From NCBI GenBank assembly GCA_963702435.1, contig CAVPCR010000001.1:320001-384000 (forward strand): a stretch of 64,000 bases of DNA, written 5' to 3'. The stretch is from Candidatus Eiseniibacteriota bacterium. GTDB lineage: Bacteria; Eisenbacteria; RBG-16-71-46; CAVPCR01. This document shows, piece after piece, positions 19,573 through 30,513 of this stretch. A program made the position numbers and the translations under genes. Below the pieces are notes generated by a model. It did not search any database. It saw nothing but the letters and a program-made list of their open reading frames with translations, and was not told the DNA's origin. Position 1 is the first letter of the stretch. The number at the start of each line of letters is the position of its first letter.

Positions 19573-20201
19573 GTGCAATCTGCAATGAGTCGAGCCGTCC
19601 TCGCGTCGTTCCTCGCCCTCACCGCGGGCTGCGGTGGAAGCAGCACCCTCATGCCCCCGCGCTTCGACCTCGCATCCTTCCAGCGGATCGGGCTCATCCG
19701 GTTCTCATCGAACGCCGAGGACGACATCGAAACGCTCGCGAGCCGGGAGTTCCTGGAGAGTGTGCAGTCCTCACAGCCGGGAGTGCCGGTCCTCGAGCTG
19801 GGGAACGAGAAGGAGGTGCTGGCGGCGATCGGGCGGGATCGGATCGATCCGGCCGCGGTCAAGGCCCTGGGCCAGGCCTACGACATCGACGCGGTGATCG
19901 TCGGCGACCGGCCGTCACCGACGTGAAGCCGCGGGTGGACATCGCGCGGGTGCTGAGCTCGGCGAGCGTCGCGGCGGATGTCGAGGCGGCGTTGACGACG
20001 CGCATCCTCGATGCGGAGAGCGGAGCGACCCTGTGGACCCGGTCGGCGCGCTCGGAGCAATCGGTGGCGAACGCCGGAGTGGACGCGGGCGGCGGCTTCC
20101 ACTTCGAGACGCGGGACCCCGAGGCCGCCTACGGCAGCCTCGTCCAGCATCTCGTCCACACGGTGACCGAGGATTTCCGCCCCTACTGGGTGAAACAGTA
20201 G
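19573..20201 (+). pseudogene. Frameshifted lipoprotein (CsgG-like fold possible)
   Basis: AGGAGG RBS, TAGC lipobox; ...DAVIVGD continues in another frame as AVTDVKP...GATLWTRSA; frameshift near 19909. Confidence 0.7.
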
Positions 20202-20370
20202 GCTCCGCGCGCGGCGCGGGCATGGCGACGAGCCGCACGGTCGCGGCGCCGGGCGGGATCCGGTGCCGCACGGTCGCGGCGCCGGGCGGGCGCCGGTGCT
20301 GCGGGGAGCGGCCCCGGATCCCCCGGAGCCGTGCCCTCGCCACACCCGCGCCTGCCGCCGGGATGCGCAG

Positions 20371-22050
20371 TTACGGGAGCTTCACGACCTTGCGCTGCGT
20401 CGTGAAGTTGCCCGCCTGGAGCCGGACGAAGTAGACCCCCGCCGGAAGCGGACGTCCGCCGCTGCCCTCGCCGTTCCACACCACCTCGTGCCGCCCCGCG
20501 CTCAGACGACCCTGCGTGATCGTCCGGATCAGGGCGCCGGTGGGGCTGTAGACATTGACAGTCACCTCGTCTTCGGCCGGCTGCTCGAAGGCCAGGACGG
20601 TCGTCGAGCGGAACGGGTTCGGCGCCGCCGGGGAGAGGCGCGCCGCGAGCGGGCTCGTGCTCTCCGCCACGCTCACGTTGCCGACGGCAACCTGGTCGTA
20701 GTAGACGTTCGGGTCCTTCCGCGGCGCCCCGCCGGCGAGATCGTCGCGATTGTCCGACCACACGACGTGGAAAACGCCGTCCACGCCGCACGCGACGTTG
20801 TAATCACCCATGTACACCGAGTTGACCACGCTGTCGCGTCCGAACTCGGGCAGCGACGGGGTGTCGCTGATGGCAACGCTGGGCGAGAACGTCACGGTGG
20901 ACCCGGTGATCGCACCGACGCGTCCGTAGTACTTGAACAGGTTGTTGCCGGCGTCCTCCTGCCGGCTGTAGTAGAAGATGCCGAGCTGGTCTCCGGCCGG
21001 GGTGACGGCGATGGTCGGCATCCACTGGTCGGTCGTGGTGACGTCATCGTTGACGCGGGTCGGGGTTGACCAGGTGGCGCCGCCGTCGGTCGACATCACC
21101 ATGAAGACATCCGCCTTGTCGGTCCCCGGTACGTTGTCGTTGTAGGTCAGGTACAGGTGGCCGGTCACCGGGTTGATCGCGGCGTGCGGGAAGGAATTGG
21201 AGCGGAAGGCCGACGCGGAGACCAGGCCCTGGCGGATCCCGGTGAGGCCGAGGTCGCCGTTGATGCCGGGGGCGGTGAGCCCGCTGACCACGGTGACCGG
21301 CGCCCCGAAGGTGAGGCCCAGATCGGCCGACTTGCGCATCTGCAAGGTCGAGCTGGCAAGCCAGAAGACGTAGACCGCGTGGTCCGGACCGATGGCGACG
21401 TATGCGCCCTGCTGGCCCGTGGTGACGAGCACGCCGCCGTTCGGCCCGAAGGTGACACCCTGATCGAGCGATCGATAGAGGCGGATACCGTTCCCACCGC
21501 CGAAGGAGCGGCTCGCAATGTAGACGTTACCGTTCCCCGCCCCCGGGAAGTTGTCGACCGCCATCCATGGCTTGTCCTCGGATGATCCGCCCGGGGTGCC
21601 GTTGACCGGCACGGACCACGTCACCCCGTTATCGTCAGAGCGGAACACCTGGAGGGTGCTGATGGTGAAGCCCAGGGTGACCAAGTAGATGCGCCCCGTG
21701 GTCGCGTCGCGAGCGAGCAACGGATCTCCCGCGTCGCCGCCGGCATTGGCCGGCAGGATGCCGCCGTCGGTGAACGTGGCGCCGCCATCGACGGAATAGG
21801 ACCAGCCGGTGAAGCGCGATCCGTTCGCATTCGATCCCGAGTCGTTGAACCCGACGACCACCGAGTTCCCGAACGCGAGGAGACTGGTCTCGCTCTGCGT
21901 GAAGCGCGATGTGCCCGATGATCCAGCGTTGTTGTTCACGAGTTGGTCGACCGCGGCAATCTGGGCGAATGCCGACCCACCGAGCAGGGCGCTCGCCACG
22001 GCGAAGGACACGAGGCACGAGATGACTACAGGAGCCGTCACGATCTTCAT
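20371..22050 (-). CDS. Secreted BNR/Asp-box (sialidase-like) protein with FlgD-Ig/T9SS-like tail
   Basis: Signal peptide, SxDGGxTF/W boxes, PNPF...GVYFVRL tail. Confidence 0.85.
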   Translation of the reverse strand: MKIVTAPVVISCLVSFAVASALLGGSAFAQIAAVDQLVNNNAGSSGTSRFTQSETSLLAFGNSVVVGFNDSGSNANGSRFTGWSYSVDGGATFTDGGILPANAGGDAGDPLLARDATTGRIYLVTLGFTISTLQVFRSDDNGVTWSVPVNGTPGGSSEDKPWMAVDNFPGAGNGNVYIASRSFGGGNGIRLYRSLDQGVTFGPNGGVLVTTGQQGAYVAIGPDHAVYVFWLASSTLQMRKSADLGLTFGAPVTVVSGLTAPGINGDLGLTGIRQGLVSASAFRSNSFPHAAINPVTGHLYLTYNDNVPGTDKADVFMVMSTDGGATWSTPTRVNDDVTTTDQWMPTIAVTPAGDQLGIFYYSRQEDAGNNLFKYYGRVGAITGSTVTFSPSVAISDTPSLPEFGRDSVVNSVYMGDYNVACGVDGVFHVVWSDNRDDLAGGAPRKDPNVYYDQVAVGNVSVAESTSPLAARLSPAAPNPFRSTTVLAFEQPAEDEVTVNVYSPTGALIRTITQGRLSAGRHEVVWNGEGSGGRPLPAGVYFVRLQAGNFTTQRKVVKLP

Positions 22051-22195
22051 GTGTATCCTCATCGATGAGATGGAAGAGGCGTGTCGCCCGCGGCCGCCTC
22101 CGAACCGGGGAGGCTCTTCCGGGGGGGAGCGGGACCAACCTCGCGCTCCGCTTGCACTTCGGGCTCGGTGCACACGAAGCGCGTCAAAGAGGCGA

Positions 22196-22225
22196 ATCAT
22201 AACATGGAGACTCACGTTGCCTCAA
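22196..22225 (-). promoter_or_regulatory. Candidate sigma-70 promoter
   Basis: TTGAGG-N18-TATGAT with extended TGn. Confidence 0.45.
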
Positions 22226-22646
22226 CGGGAGGCTTCATCACATGCCCATGACGTAACCGAAGGCGGATCACCGGATCGCATGCGCGCCTCGCTTGCGTGC
22301 CGGCGCCATCGATCGAGCCCTCGTCGACGCGATCGCCCGGGGCCGCGCGAAGGGGATGCAGAGGGTCAGGATCTAACACCGCCGTGGTAGATCCGTGCGT
22401 TCCAGGTGCGCCCGGCGGCGTCCTCGCCACCGCCCCCCCGCAGCGGCTTCCCCTGCCGGCCTGGCGGGTGCATACTTGCCGTCGCGATGCCTGAGCCCGG
22501 TTGGGAGACTCTGACGAGGTCTCCACTCCCGGCCGAGTGACCCGCACCGCATCGATCCGCAGGCGGGACCACAGGTCTTGCCACGGGCTGGCGAGAGCGC
22601 CGGTGCGCCTTCCACGGCACGCGGCATGACTCCGAACCCCGCCGCA

Positions 22647-22661
22647 CGGCACCCTTCATGC
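22647..22661 (+). promoter_or_regulatory. Candidate sigma-54 promoter
   Basis: CGGCACCCTTCATGC has GG-N10-GC spacing and lies just upstream of the AAGGAGG RBS. Confidence 0.35.
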
Positions 22662-22689
22662 GAGCCATTCCATGCAAGGAGGCACTGCA

Positions 22690-23535
22690 ATGACGGCAAG
22701 GATCCATGCACGCTCTACGGCCGTCGCGATCGGCGCCCTCATGCTCGTCGCGACCGCAGCTATTGCCCAGTACTCGACCGATCTCGAAGCTCTCAACGCG
22801 GCACCGGGCGGGGTCATCCTGACCGGCCAGGACGGCTGGACTCTGCCGGCCGCGAGTGTCGACTGGAGGGTCTACACCTACGCCGGCAACACGCTCGCCC
22901 TGCCGCCGAACCCGACCGGCGGCGCCAAGTTCGCCGGGGGCACGAGCCAGGGCGGAACCAGCTACGCCCGTGCCGAGCATCCGCTCACGCCCGGCGCGAT
23001 TCCCCAGTGGCAGGCGAGCTACGACTTCGCCGCCACCTTCCTGGGCACGCCGCCGGCGACGCAGAATCTCGGCAGCTTCTCCATCAACCCGCTGCCGCAG
23101 GACTACATCCACCTCGCAACCTGGGTGGATGTAAACGTTCCGACGTCGTTCAACTTCTATTACCTGGCGTACGACGCGGCCGGTGTGCAGTTCGTGGCGC
23201 CCGGTCAGATCCCCGGGCCGGCCTGGAGCAACCTCGCGCTCAACCACTGGTACCGGGCCTGGGAGGTATTCGACTTCTCGATCAACCGGATCATCCAAGT
23301 CGGGATTCGCGACCTGACGAGCGGCATCCAGTCCGTCGTCTCGCCAGTCGGCTGGTACCTCGAAGGAGGAGCCGGGGGTTCGACGGCGCCGACCACCGCC
23401 TTCCGTTTCTTCGCCGGAGGGACGGTGGCAGGCAATACCTTCGCCTTCGACAACCTCTCGATCGAGCCGCAGGGCCCGACCGCGGTCGAGCAAACCACCT
23501 GGGGCCGCATCAAGTCGACGTATCGTACCGAGTGA
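22690..23535 (+). CDS. Secreted protein with C-terminal TWGxIK motif
   Basis: Signal peptide (AIA-Q), beta-rich body, ends PTAVEQTTWGRIKSTYRTE. Confidence 0.85.
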   Translation: MTARIHARSTAVAIGALMLVATAAIAQYSTDLEALNAAPGGVILTGQDGWTLPAASVDWRVYTYAGNTLALPPNPTGGAKFAGGTSQGGTSYARAEHPLTPGAIPQWQASYDFAATFLGTPPATQNLGSFSINPLPQDYIHLATWVDVNVPTSFNFYYLAYDAAGVQFVAPGQIPGPAWSNLALNHWYRAWEVFDFSINRIIQVGIRDLTSGIQSVVSPVGWYLEGGAGGSTAPTTAFRFFAGGTVAGNTFAFDNLSIEPQGPTAVEQTTWGRIKSTYRTE

Positions 23536-23649
23536 GCGGGCGCAGTCCGGCCAGTCGAGACCGCTGATCAAACGACCCCCATGGCCTGCACGCATCGTGC
23601 GTGTCGGGCCGTGGGGGTCGTTGGGTTTACTTCCCGGCCGCCGCGGGCC

Positions 23650-24918
23650 TCAGCGCGAGGCGTCCCCCTCCCGCTCGAGCGGGGACCTGGCCTTCAGGAG
23701 AGCAGCGAACTTCTCTCGCACCTTCGCGACCTTGGGCAGCGCCACCATGCGCACGTAGCCCTGGTTGGGGTTCAGGCAGACGTAGTTCTGGTGATGTGTC
23801 TCGGCAGGATAGAAGCCGGTCAGGGGCTCGAGGGTGGTGACGATCGGCTTCGCGAGAGCCCTGGCGGCGGTCAGGTCCTGGATGAAGGCCGCGGCCAGTT
23901 CCTTCTCCCTCTCGTTCGCAAAGAAGATGGCGGATCGGTACTGCGGTCCGACGTCACTCCCCTGGCGATTCTTGGTCGTCGGATCATGGGTGGCGAAGAA
24001 GACCTCGAGGAGCTTCTCGTAGGAGATCTTCCGCGGATCGTAGACGATCTCGATCGACTCGGCGTGGCCCGTGGTGCCCGTGCAGACGCTCTCGTAGTCG
24101 GCCGTCTCCCTGGTCCCTCCCGCGTAACCGGAGATCGCATCGATCACCCCGTCGAGCTCCTCGAACACGGCCTCCGTGCACCAGAAGCAGCCGCCTGCGA
24201 ACACGGCGGTGGCCCGCTCGGGCGAGCCTGCGATTGCCGCCTCGGCGCCCGCCGCCGTGGCCCCTGCAGCACGCATCGCCGCCGGATCGGCGAGGGCGCG
24301 GAGGTCGGCCAGCAGCGTGAAGACCAGCGACTCCGAGTTGAGGCAGTAGCGCAATCCGGTCGGCCGCGGTCCGTCGTCGAAGACATGGCCGAGGTGGGCG
24401 TCGCAGCGCGCACACAGGATCTCGGTGCGGGCCATGCCGAGACTGCGATCGCTCTCCTCGGCCACGTTGCCCTCCGCGATGGGAGCGAAGAAGCTCGGCC
24501 ATCCGGTCCCGGACTGGAACTTGCTCGCCGAGGAGAAGAGGGGAAGCCGGCAACAAACGCAGGAGTAGACCCCTTCCTGCTTGTTGTCGAGCAGGATCCC
24601 GCAGAAGGGCCGTTCGGTCCCCTTGCCGCGAGCGATCCGGAACTGCTCGGGGGTCAGCTGCGCCTCCCACTCGGCGTCGCTCTTGACCACTTTCTCCACG
24701 GCGATGGGGCCGATCAGCTCCCCGCGGTCGTCGAACACATGCACTTGCACGGTGGACTGCCCTCCGATCGTCGCTCGCTCTGTGTCCAGATGTTGGCCGG
24801 CGCGCGCCTCCCCCGCCTCGGGCCGGGATCCGCGGTTGCTCACCGCGAGGTACGCGACAACCATCATGACTACTACGATCACCGTGGCCAGTATCGCGAT
24901 ACGCATCGCGCTCGGCAT
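23650..24918 (-). CDS. msrAB: Bifunctional methionine sulfoxide reductase, MsrB-MsrA order, N-terminal TM anchor
   Basis: [54 protein letters not shown]. Confidence 0.93.
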   Translation of the reverse strand: MPSAMRIAILATVIVVVMMVVAYLAVSNRGSRPEAGEARAGQHLDTERATIGGQSTVQVHVFDDRGELIGPIAVEKVVKSDAEWEAQLTPEQFRIARGKGTERPFCGILLDNKQEGVYSCVCCRLPLFSSASKFQSGTGWPSFFAPIAEGNVAEESDRSLGMARTEILCARCDAHLGHVFDDGPRPTGLRYCLNSESLVFTLLADLRALADPAAMRAAGATAAGAEAAIAGSPERATAVFAGGCFWCTEAVFEELDGVIDAISGYAGGTRETADYESVCTGTTGHAESIEIVYDPRKISYEKLLEVFFATHDPTTKNRQGSDVGPQYRSAIFFANEREKELAAAFIQDLTAARALAKPIVTTLEPLTGFYPAETHHQNYVCLNPNQGYVRMVALPKVAKVREKFAALLKARSPLEREGDASR

Positions 24919-25176
24919 CGCCACATCATCCTCCGCCCGTGCTTTCTCACGGCGACCGCTCGGGGGAGGCGGGATCGCCGGGCTCGGGTCCAGCATTCTA
25001 CCCCGCGACCGCCACCGGGGTCCCGGGGTGGCGCCGCCGCACTTTCCTCCCCGCACGCTCCGATCTACACTCATAGGCGGGACGGCCCAGGCATCCCATC
25101 GCGATTGCTCCGACCCGCCTGCCCGCGCCGGCGACCTGCATCCCGGAGGCGCTCCTTGCGACTGCTCCGTTTCGCC

Positions 25177-26763
25177 GTGAACCGCGCCGTGAACCGCCGC
25201 CCCCGGCTTCCGGCCCGCTCGCTGCCGATCGTCGCACTGCTCGCGTGGAGCGTTCTGGCCGCCTCCTCCGCGCGGGGAGACGGAGATCTGATCCCGGTGG
25301 GGCCGGCGGTCGGTGCGGAGGAGAGCCGCGACTCGAGACTCCTCCCCACCGGCTTCCGCAAGGGACCCTATCTGATCTACACCGGGGACCCGACCACGAT
25401 GCGCGTCCTCTGGCAGGCCCATGAGACCGCCCCCTGCCTGCTCGAGTGGGGAACGAACACGCAGTATGCGGACGGCCTGGTCGAGACGATGGAGTACGGC
25501 ACCGACCATCAGCACACGCATCTGATCGACAACCTCGCCCCCGGCACCCGCTACTTCTACCGCGTGCTCCTCGGCGGGAACTCCCTTGCCGCCTCGTTCG
25601 TCACCGCACCCGATGTCGACGCCGACGCGGTCAAGTTCATGCTCCACGGCGACACGCAGGCCAATGCGGCGAGCCACGACTCGGTCTGCGCCGCCATGAT
25701 CGGCGAGTATCTTGCCGATCCCGCTTACCAGTCCCTGATCCTGGGCGTGGGCGACCTGTCGAACTTCGGCATGCTCGAGTCAGACTGGGATCAGTACTTC
25801 TTCAATCCGGACCGGGTGCACATCCGCGAGCGGCTGGCTCACGTACCCTTCAACACCGCGATCGGGAACCACGAGCTCTACGAGAGCGCCACGACCTATG
25901 ATCTCGACGCTCCGTTGTTCCGCAAGTACTTCCCCTACCCGTTCGTTGCGGATCGCTACTGGTCCTTCGACTACGGACCTGCTCATATCCTCGTCGCCGA
26001 CCTCTATCCCTGGTACTACGATCCGGGGCTTCCGAACATCATCCCGCCCGGCTTCATCTCGCCCGAGCAGGCCGAGTGGATCAAGGACGACCTCGCGGCG
26101 ACTGACCAGACCTGGAAGATCGTGATCATCCACGAGCCGGGCTGGTCCGCCGGTCCCCATCCCAACAACCCGTCGGTGCAGGACACCCTGCACGCGCTCT
26201 GCGCGACCTACGACGTCGACATCGTCTTCTCCGGACACAACCACTACTACGCCAGAGCCGATGTGGACGAGATCCCCTACATCACGACGAGCGGCGGAGC
26301 GCGCCTCTACGGGCCGGTGCCCGGCAGTCCCCATGTCGTCCTGAGCAGGCGCGACCACCACTACTTGAAGATCGCGATCAACGGATCGGTGCTCGACTTC
26401 CGGGCGGTGCGGCCGGATGGAGAGATCATCGACCAGTTCACCATCGTCAAGAACATCGCGGTGCCGGACAGAGCGCAGCAGGCACCGCCGCTGCGGCTGC
26501 ATCAGAACCGTCCGAATCCGTTCCGCCCCCGCACCGCGATCGCCTTCGATCTCGCGGCGGCCTCGGCGGTGAGCTTGCGCATCTACGATGTCGGCGGCCG
26601 TCTCGTCCGCACCCTGGTCGATGCGGAGCTCGACCCCGCGACGTACAGCTTCGATTGGGACGGGCGCGACGCCGCCGGGCGCCGGGTGGGGGCCGGCACC
26701 TACTGGTACCGGCTGACCACTCCCCACCACGCGGCTGCCAGGAAGCTCGTCATCGCGCGCTGA
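25177..26763 (+). CDS. Secreted purple-acid-phosphatase-like metallophosphoesterase with FlgD-like tail; start approximate
   Basis: FN3-like N-domain; GD, GDL, GNHE, GHNH motifs; QNRPNPF...GTYWYRL tail. Confidence 0.87.
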   Translation: MNRAVNRRPRLPARSLPIVALLAWSVLAASSARGDGDLIPVGPAVGAEESRDSRLLPTGFRKGPYLIYTGDPTTMRVLWQAHETAPCLLEWGTNTQYADGLVETMEYGTDHQHTHLIDNLAPGTRYFYRVLLGGNSLAASFVTAPDVDADAVKFMLHGDTQANAASHDSVCAAMIGEYLADPAYQSLILGVGDLSNFGMLESDWDQYFFNPDRVHIRERLAHVPFNTAIGNHELYESATTYDLDAPLFRKYFPYPFVADRYWSFDYGPAHILVADLYPWYYDPGLPNIIPPGFISPEQAEWIKDDLAATDQTWKIVIIHEPGWSAGPHPNNPSVQDTLHALCATYDVDIVFSGHNHYYARADVDEIPYITTSGGARLYGPVPGSPHVVLSRRDHHYLKIAINGSVLDFRAVRPDGEIIDQFTIVKNIAVPDRAQQAPPLRLHQNRPNPFRPRTAIAFDLAAASAVSLRIYDVGGRLVRTLVDAELDPATYSFDWDGRDAAGRRVGAGTYWYRLTTPHHAAARKLVIAR

Positions 26764-26839
26764 TCGTCCGCCGGCGCAGGATGGGCGGCGGCGCTGCCGC
26801 GGTCCCCGTGCAACCGGATATCCGGCCTGCGCGCGGAGC

Positions 26840-27856
26840 CTATCTCAGTACGACAAGCCGGCTCACGGCGGCGTCCGCCCCTGCTTCCAGGCGCAGGAAA
26901 TAGACCCCGCTTCCGACCCGCGCACCCGGCCGCCAGTCGAGCGCGTGCTCTCCCGCCCGGCGCGCGTCATCGATGAGAACCGCCACCTCGCGGCCGGTCA
27001 CGTCATAAACGGCCAGGCGCACGCGGGCGGGGGCGGGCAGCTCGAAGCGCACGGTCGTCGCGAGACTGAAGGGATTCGGATCGCTCTCGTGCAGCACGAC
27101 CGTGGCGAGCCGGGGCGCCGGCAAGGCCGATGGAACGGCCGTCGTCGCCCATGCGTCGAAGAGACCCTGGAGCAGATCGATCGGGTTCTGGGTCGAGCTC
27201 GTGTTGTTGACGTTCAGATCGAGGAAGAAGCTCCCCGGCACGTCGCCCGGGCGCGCCACCCGGATGAAGGCCGAGATGGCAGGCTTGTTGTTCGCCAGGC
27301 ACCGCGTATCCGCGCCGGGCACGTTGGCCGCCTGGAGCGCCGCCATCAGCCGGAAGGAGAGGTGGCCCGGCGTGTTCAGGAAGGCTGTCTCCATGTCGGC
27401 GACGATCTCCGGGCCGAGGAGGATGTTGCCCGCGATCGCGTAGCCCGGACCGGTCAGGTGCCCCTTCCAGCTGGTGCAGTTCACGCCCGTATAGCCCGCG
27501 CTCCGCCCGCCGGCGAGGAGGTCGGCGATCGCGTACTGCCGGATCGTGGGATTGCCCTGGGCGTCGTTGGCCACCAGCCAGTTGATGATCTCCTGCGGCG
27601 ACCAGCCCTGATTCATCAGATTGCGGGCGTTCTGCTGGTTCTGGGAGTTCCAGTAGGCCTGCGTGTGGATGACGCCCACGCCCGGATGCACGTCGCTGAG
27701 GATGATGGAGCCGGAGATGCACGAGGCGCCGGCGCTGCCCACCTCGCCGGTTTCGAGGTCCACGGCGGCGATCGAAAACGTGGCGAGGGCCGCGGGGGCG
27801 GAGAGCAGCAGGCAGGCGGCCGGAACGAGGACGGAGAGGAGAGCGTCTGCTTTCAT
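26840..27856 (-). CDS. DUF1028 (Ntn-hydrolase-like) secreted protein with FlgD-like tail
   Basis: A-TFSIAAVD...GVGVIHTQA...AGNIL; PNPF...SGVYFLRL. Confidence 0.85.
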   Translation of the reverse strand: MKADALLSVLVPAACLLLSAPAALATFSIAAVDLETGEVGSAGASCISGSIILSDVHPGVGVIHTQAYWNSQNQQNARNLMNQGWSPQEIINWLVANDAQGNPTIRQYAIADLLAGGRSAGYTGVNCTSWKGHLTGPGYAIAGNILLGPEIVADMETAFLNTPGHLSFRLMAALQAANVPGADTRCLANNKPAISAFIRVARPGDVPGSFFLDLNVNNTSSTQNPIDLLQGLFDAWATTAVPSALPAPRLATVVLHESDPNPFSLATTVRFELPAPARVRLAVYDVTGREVAVLIDDARRAGEHALDWRPGARVGSGVYFLRLEAGADAAVSRLVVLR

Positions 27857-28126
27857 GGCGACCTCCGGACCGTGCCGGCGCCGAGAGCGGGCTGCCCCCG
27901 GGCACGGCTTTCCTCAACGTTACGCTCCATCGGGAAGGGGGACAAGGCGCCGGGCCACCCGCCGTTTCGACCTGACGGTTCGAGACGTCGGACATGTCGC
28001 GCGGCGGCGGCCGGCTGGCGCGTTGCCCGGCCGGGCGCTAGTCTTGCGTGCCGGGGAGCTGTGCAGGGGGCGCGGCGCTCTTGCGCGGGGGTCGCAGCTC
28101 GGCCTCGAGGCCGGTGGAGGAAAGCC

Positions 28127-29335
28127 ATGCGCGAGGAGGACCGTCACTACCCGTTCGCCGCTGTCGTCGGCCAGGACGTGCTCAAGACCGTCTATCTGGC
28201 CAACGTCGTCGACCCGCGCATCGGGGGCCTCCTCATCAGCGGGGCCAAGGGCACCGGCAAGAGCATGATGGTGCACTCGCTCGCCGGGATCCTGCCCGAG
28301 TACGCCGCAGTGGCCGGATGTCCCTTCCAGTGCGATCCCGCGCGGCCCGATCGGGTCTGCTCCCTCTGCCGCGAGCGACAGGAGCTTCCGGCCACGACAG
28401 CGCGGATGCGGATCATCACCCTCCCCCTCTCCTGCACCGAGGACCGGCTGATCGGGAGTCTCGACATCGAGGTCCTCCTCAGGGAGGGGAAGCGGACCGT
28501 GCAGCCCGGCGTCCTCGGCGAGGCCAACCGCAACCTCCTCTACGTCGACGAGGTCAACCTGCTCCCCGACCATCTGGTCGACGACATCCTCGACGCCGCG
28601 GCGAGCCACTGGAGCCGGATCGAGCGGGAGGGCGTCTCGGTGTCGCATCCCGCCGAGTTCGTGCTGGTGGGCACGATGAACCCGGAGGAGGGCGACCTGC
28701 GCCCCCAGATCCTCGATCGCTTCCCGCTGTCGGTGAAGGTCGAGACCATCCGCGACCCGGCGCTGCGCGTCGAGATCGTCCGGCGGAACCTCGACTTCGA
28801 GCGCGAACCGGAGGCGTTTCGAGAGCGCTTCGCCGGCGAAACGGAGGCGCTCCGCGCGAGGATCCTCGAGGCCCGCCGGCGCCTGCTCGCGATCGAGCTC
28901 GAGGATGATCTGCTGTTGTGCGTCTCGACGGCGTGCGCCGAGCTCAAGGTGGACGGCCAGCGGCCGGACATCGTGATCATGAAGACGGCGCGCGCCGTGG
29001 CTGCGCTCGACGGACAGCCGCGCATCACCGCCGAGGGAGTCGCGATCGCGGCGGAGTCCGCGCTCGGCCATCGCACGCGGGACGGCGGCCTGCTCGAGCC
29101 GCCGAGCCGCGACGAGATCCGCGACCACTTCGGGCACGCGCTGAGCGGGCGGCCGGGGACGCCGGCGGCAACGAGCCGGCCCGCGACGATCGTGCCGCCG
29201 GCCGCGGCCGGTGGCGGCGGTGCGACTCGCGGCGGCAGCGGGACCGGCGGCGGTGCGAGCGGCGGCGGTGCGAGCGGCGGCGGCGGTACAGGCGGAGGCA
29301 GCGGCACCGGCGGAGGCGCGGCAAAAAAAGCCTGA
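28127..29335 (+). CDS. Mg/Co-chelatase ChlI-like AAA+ ATPase (0-frame product)
   Basis: YPFAAVVGQ, GAKGTGKS, LYVDEVNLL, GTMNPEEG, LDRF; ends in a Gly-rich linker. Confidence 0.92.
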   Translation: MREEDRHYPFAAVVGQDVLKTVYLANVVDPRIGGLLISGAKGTGKSMMVHSLAGILPEYAAVAGCPFQCDPARPDRVCSLCRERQELPATTARMRIITLPLSCTEDRLIGSLDIEVLLREGKRTVQPGVLGEANRNLLYVDEVNLLPDHLVDDILDAAASHWSRIEREGVSVSHPAEFVLVGTMNPEEGDLRPQILDRFPLSVKVETIRDPALRVEIVRRNLDFEREPEAFRERFAGETEALRARILEARRRLLAIELEDDLLLCVSTACAELKVDGQRPDIVIMKTARAVAALDGQPRITAEGVAIAAESALGHRTRDGGLLEPPSRDEIRDHFGHALSGRPGTPAATSRPATIVPPAAAGGGGATRGGSGTGGGASGGGASGGGGTGGGSGTGGGAAKKA

Positions 29336-30498
29336 CGCTCCGCGCGGGGAGCCTCAGTCCCGCGCCCCGCGAGGGCGCGTTCCGCCGGCTCTTGCGCCGC
29401 CTCGGCATCCTCCGGCGCCTGCCGCTCCTCGTCGGACCGGGCCGGATCCACGATGATCCGGCGGCGGCGGACCGCGATTCCGCGGGGACGAAGCTCGATC
29501 GAGAGCCGGCGCGATTCAGCGTCTTCGATTCGCCGCTCTCGACGCTCGGTAGCTACGGGCGCATCTTCCGGAATCTGCTCCGGAGGTTCCGCCGCGCGCC
29601 GCAGGGATCGCGCCGGAGCCGGCGGCGGCAAGCGATCGAGAATCCGTATGCCGGCCGCAACATCCGGCTCGTGCCCTACGAGCCCGCCGAGAACCTGCTC
29701 GCGCCGCTCCCCACCGTGCTCGAGGCGTTGCGCTCCGGCCGCCGCTTCACGCGCGGACGGCCCTTCGTGCGACGCGCCGATCTTCTCGGCTGGGCGAAGG
29801 CCGAGCGCGAGAGCCTGACCTTGATCCTCCTCGTCGACGTGAGCCGCTCGACGATCGGCTACCTGCGCGTGTTCGCCGAGCTCCTCCGCTCGCTCGCGGG
29901 TCACTTCCAGCGGAACCGCGATCGCATGGGCCTCGTGTCCCTCCAGGGCCGGCAGGCCACCGTGCTCCACCACCCCACGCACAACTACCGGATCGTCACG
30001 CGCCACCTGGCGAGGCTCCGCTTCCGCGGCGAGACGCCGCTCGCCGACGGCCTCCAGAAGACGCTCGCCATGGCCCGGCTCGAACGGTTCAAGAACCCGG
30101 GCTCGCAGAGTCTCGTCGTGCTCCTGAGCGACTGCTTTCCGGAGCCCATTCCGCCCGGCTGGGCCGAGCTCTTCGACACGCCGGCCTACCGCGATGCGCG
30201 AACCGCGGCTTCACTCTACCGGCGGGAGAAGGTCCAGCTCCTCGTGCTGCTCGCCGCGCCCGAACGCGGGCCGAGCTCGCAGGCGCAGGGGCCGAGCCCC
30301 GGCGAGCGGCTGGGCGAAGCGATCGCGGCCGCCGCGGCCGGGCGCCTCATGCGTCTGCCGGGGACCGAGGACGGGCATGTCCCGCGCAGGCAGATCGATC
30401 GCGTGCTCGGGGCGATCGAGGCGATGGTGCGCGAGGGCGGAGTGCGGGCGGGAACCGGCTCCTCCGCCCCGGCGCCCGGCGAGTGGTGGCGCGACTAG
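29323..30498 (+). CDS. vWA domain of a ChlD-like subunit in the -1 frame, probably reached by frameshifting
   Basis: LLVDVSRST (DxSxS), GETPLADGL, LLSD; no obvious own start; overlaps an A7 run. Confidence 0.75.
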   Translation, partial: KKSLTLRAGSLSPAPREGAFRRLLRRLGILRRLPLLVGPGRIHDDPAAADRDSAGTKLDREPARFSVFDSPLSTLGSYGRIFRNLLRRFRRAPQGSRRSRRRQAIENPYAGRNIRLVPYEPAENLLAPLPTVLEALRSGRRFTRGRPFVRRADLLGWAKAERESLTLILLVDVSRSTIGYLRVFAELLRSLAGHFQRNRDRMGLVSLQGRQATVLHHPTHNYRIVTRHLARLRFRGETPLADGLQKTLAMARLERFKNPGSQSLVVLLSDCFPEPIPPGWAELFDTPAYRDARTAASLYRREKVQLLVLLAAPERGPSSQAQGPSPGERLGEAIAAAAAGRLMRLPGTEDGHVPRRQIDRVLGAIEAMVREGGVRAGTGSSAPAPGEWWRD

Positions 30499-30513
30499 CG
30501 GCCAGAGGCGCGA

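Noticed and set aside
23581..25677. Very long ORFs (1060 aa plus strand, 675 aa minus strand, also 2603-5086 and 17538-20201) as giant or overlapping genes
   Set aside because: These are upstream extensions or shadow frames caused by stop-codon scarcity at high GC; real starts are marked by signal peptides and RBSs.
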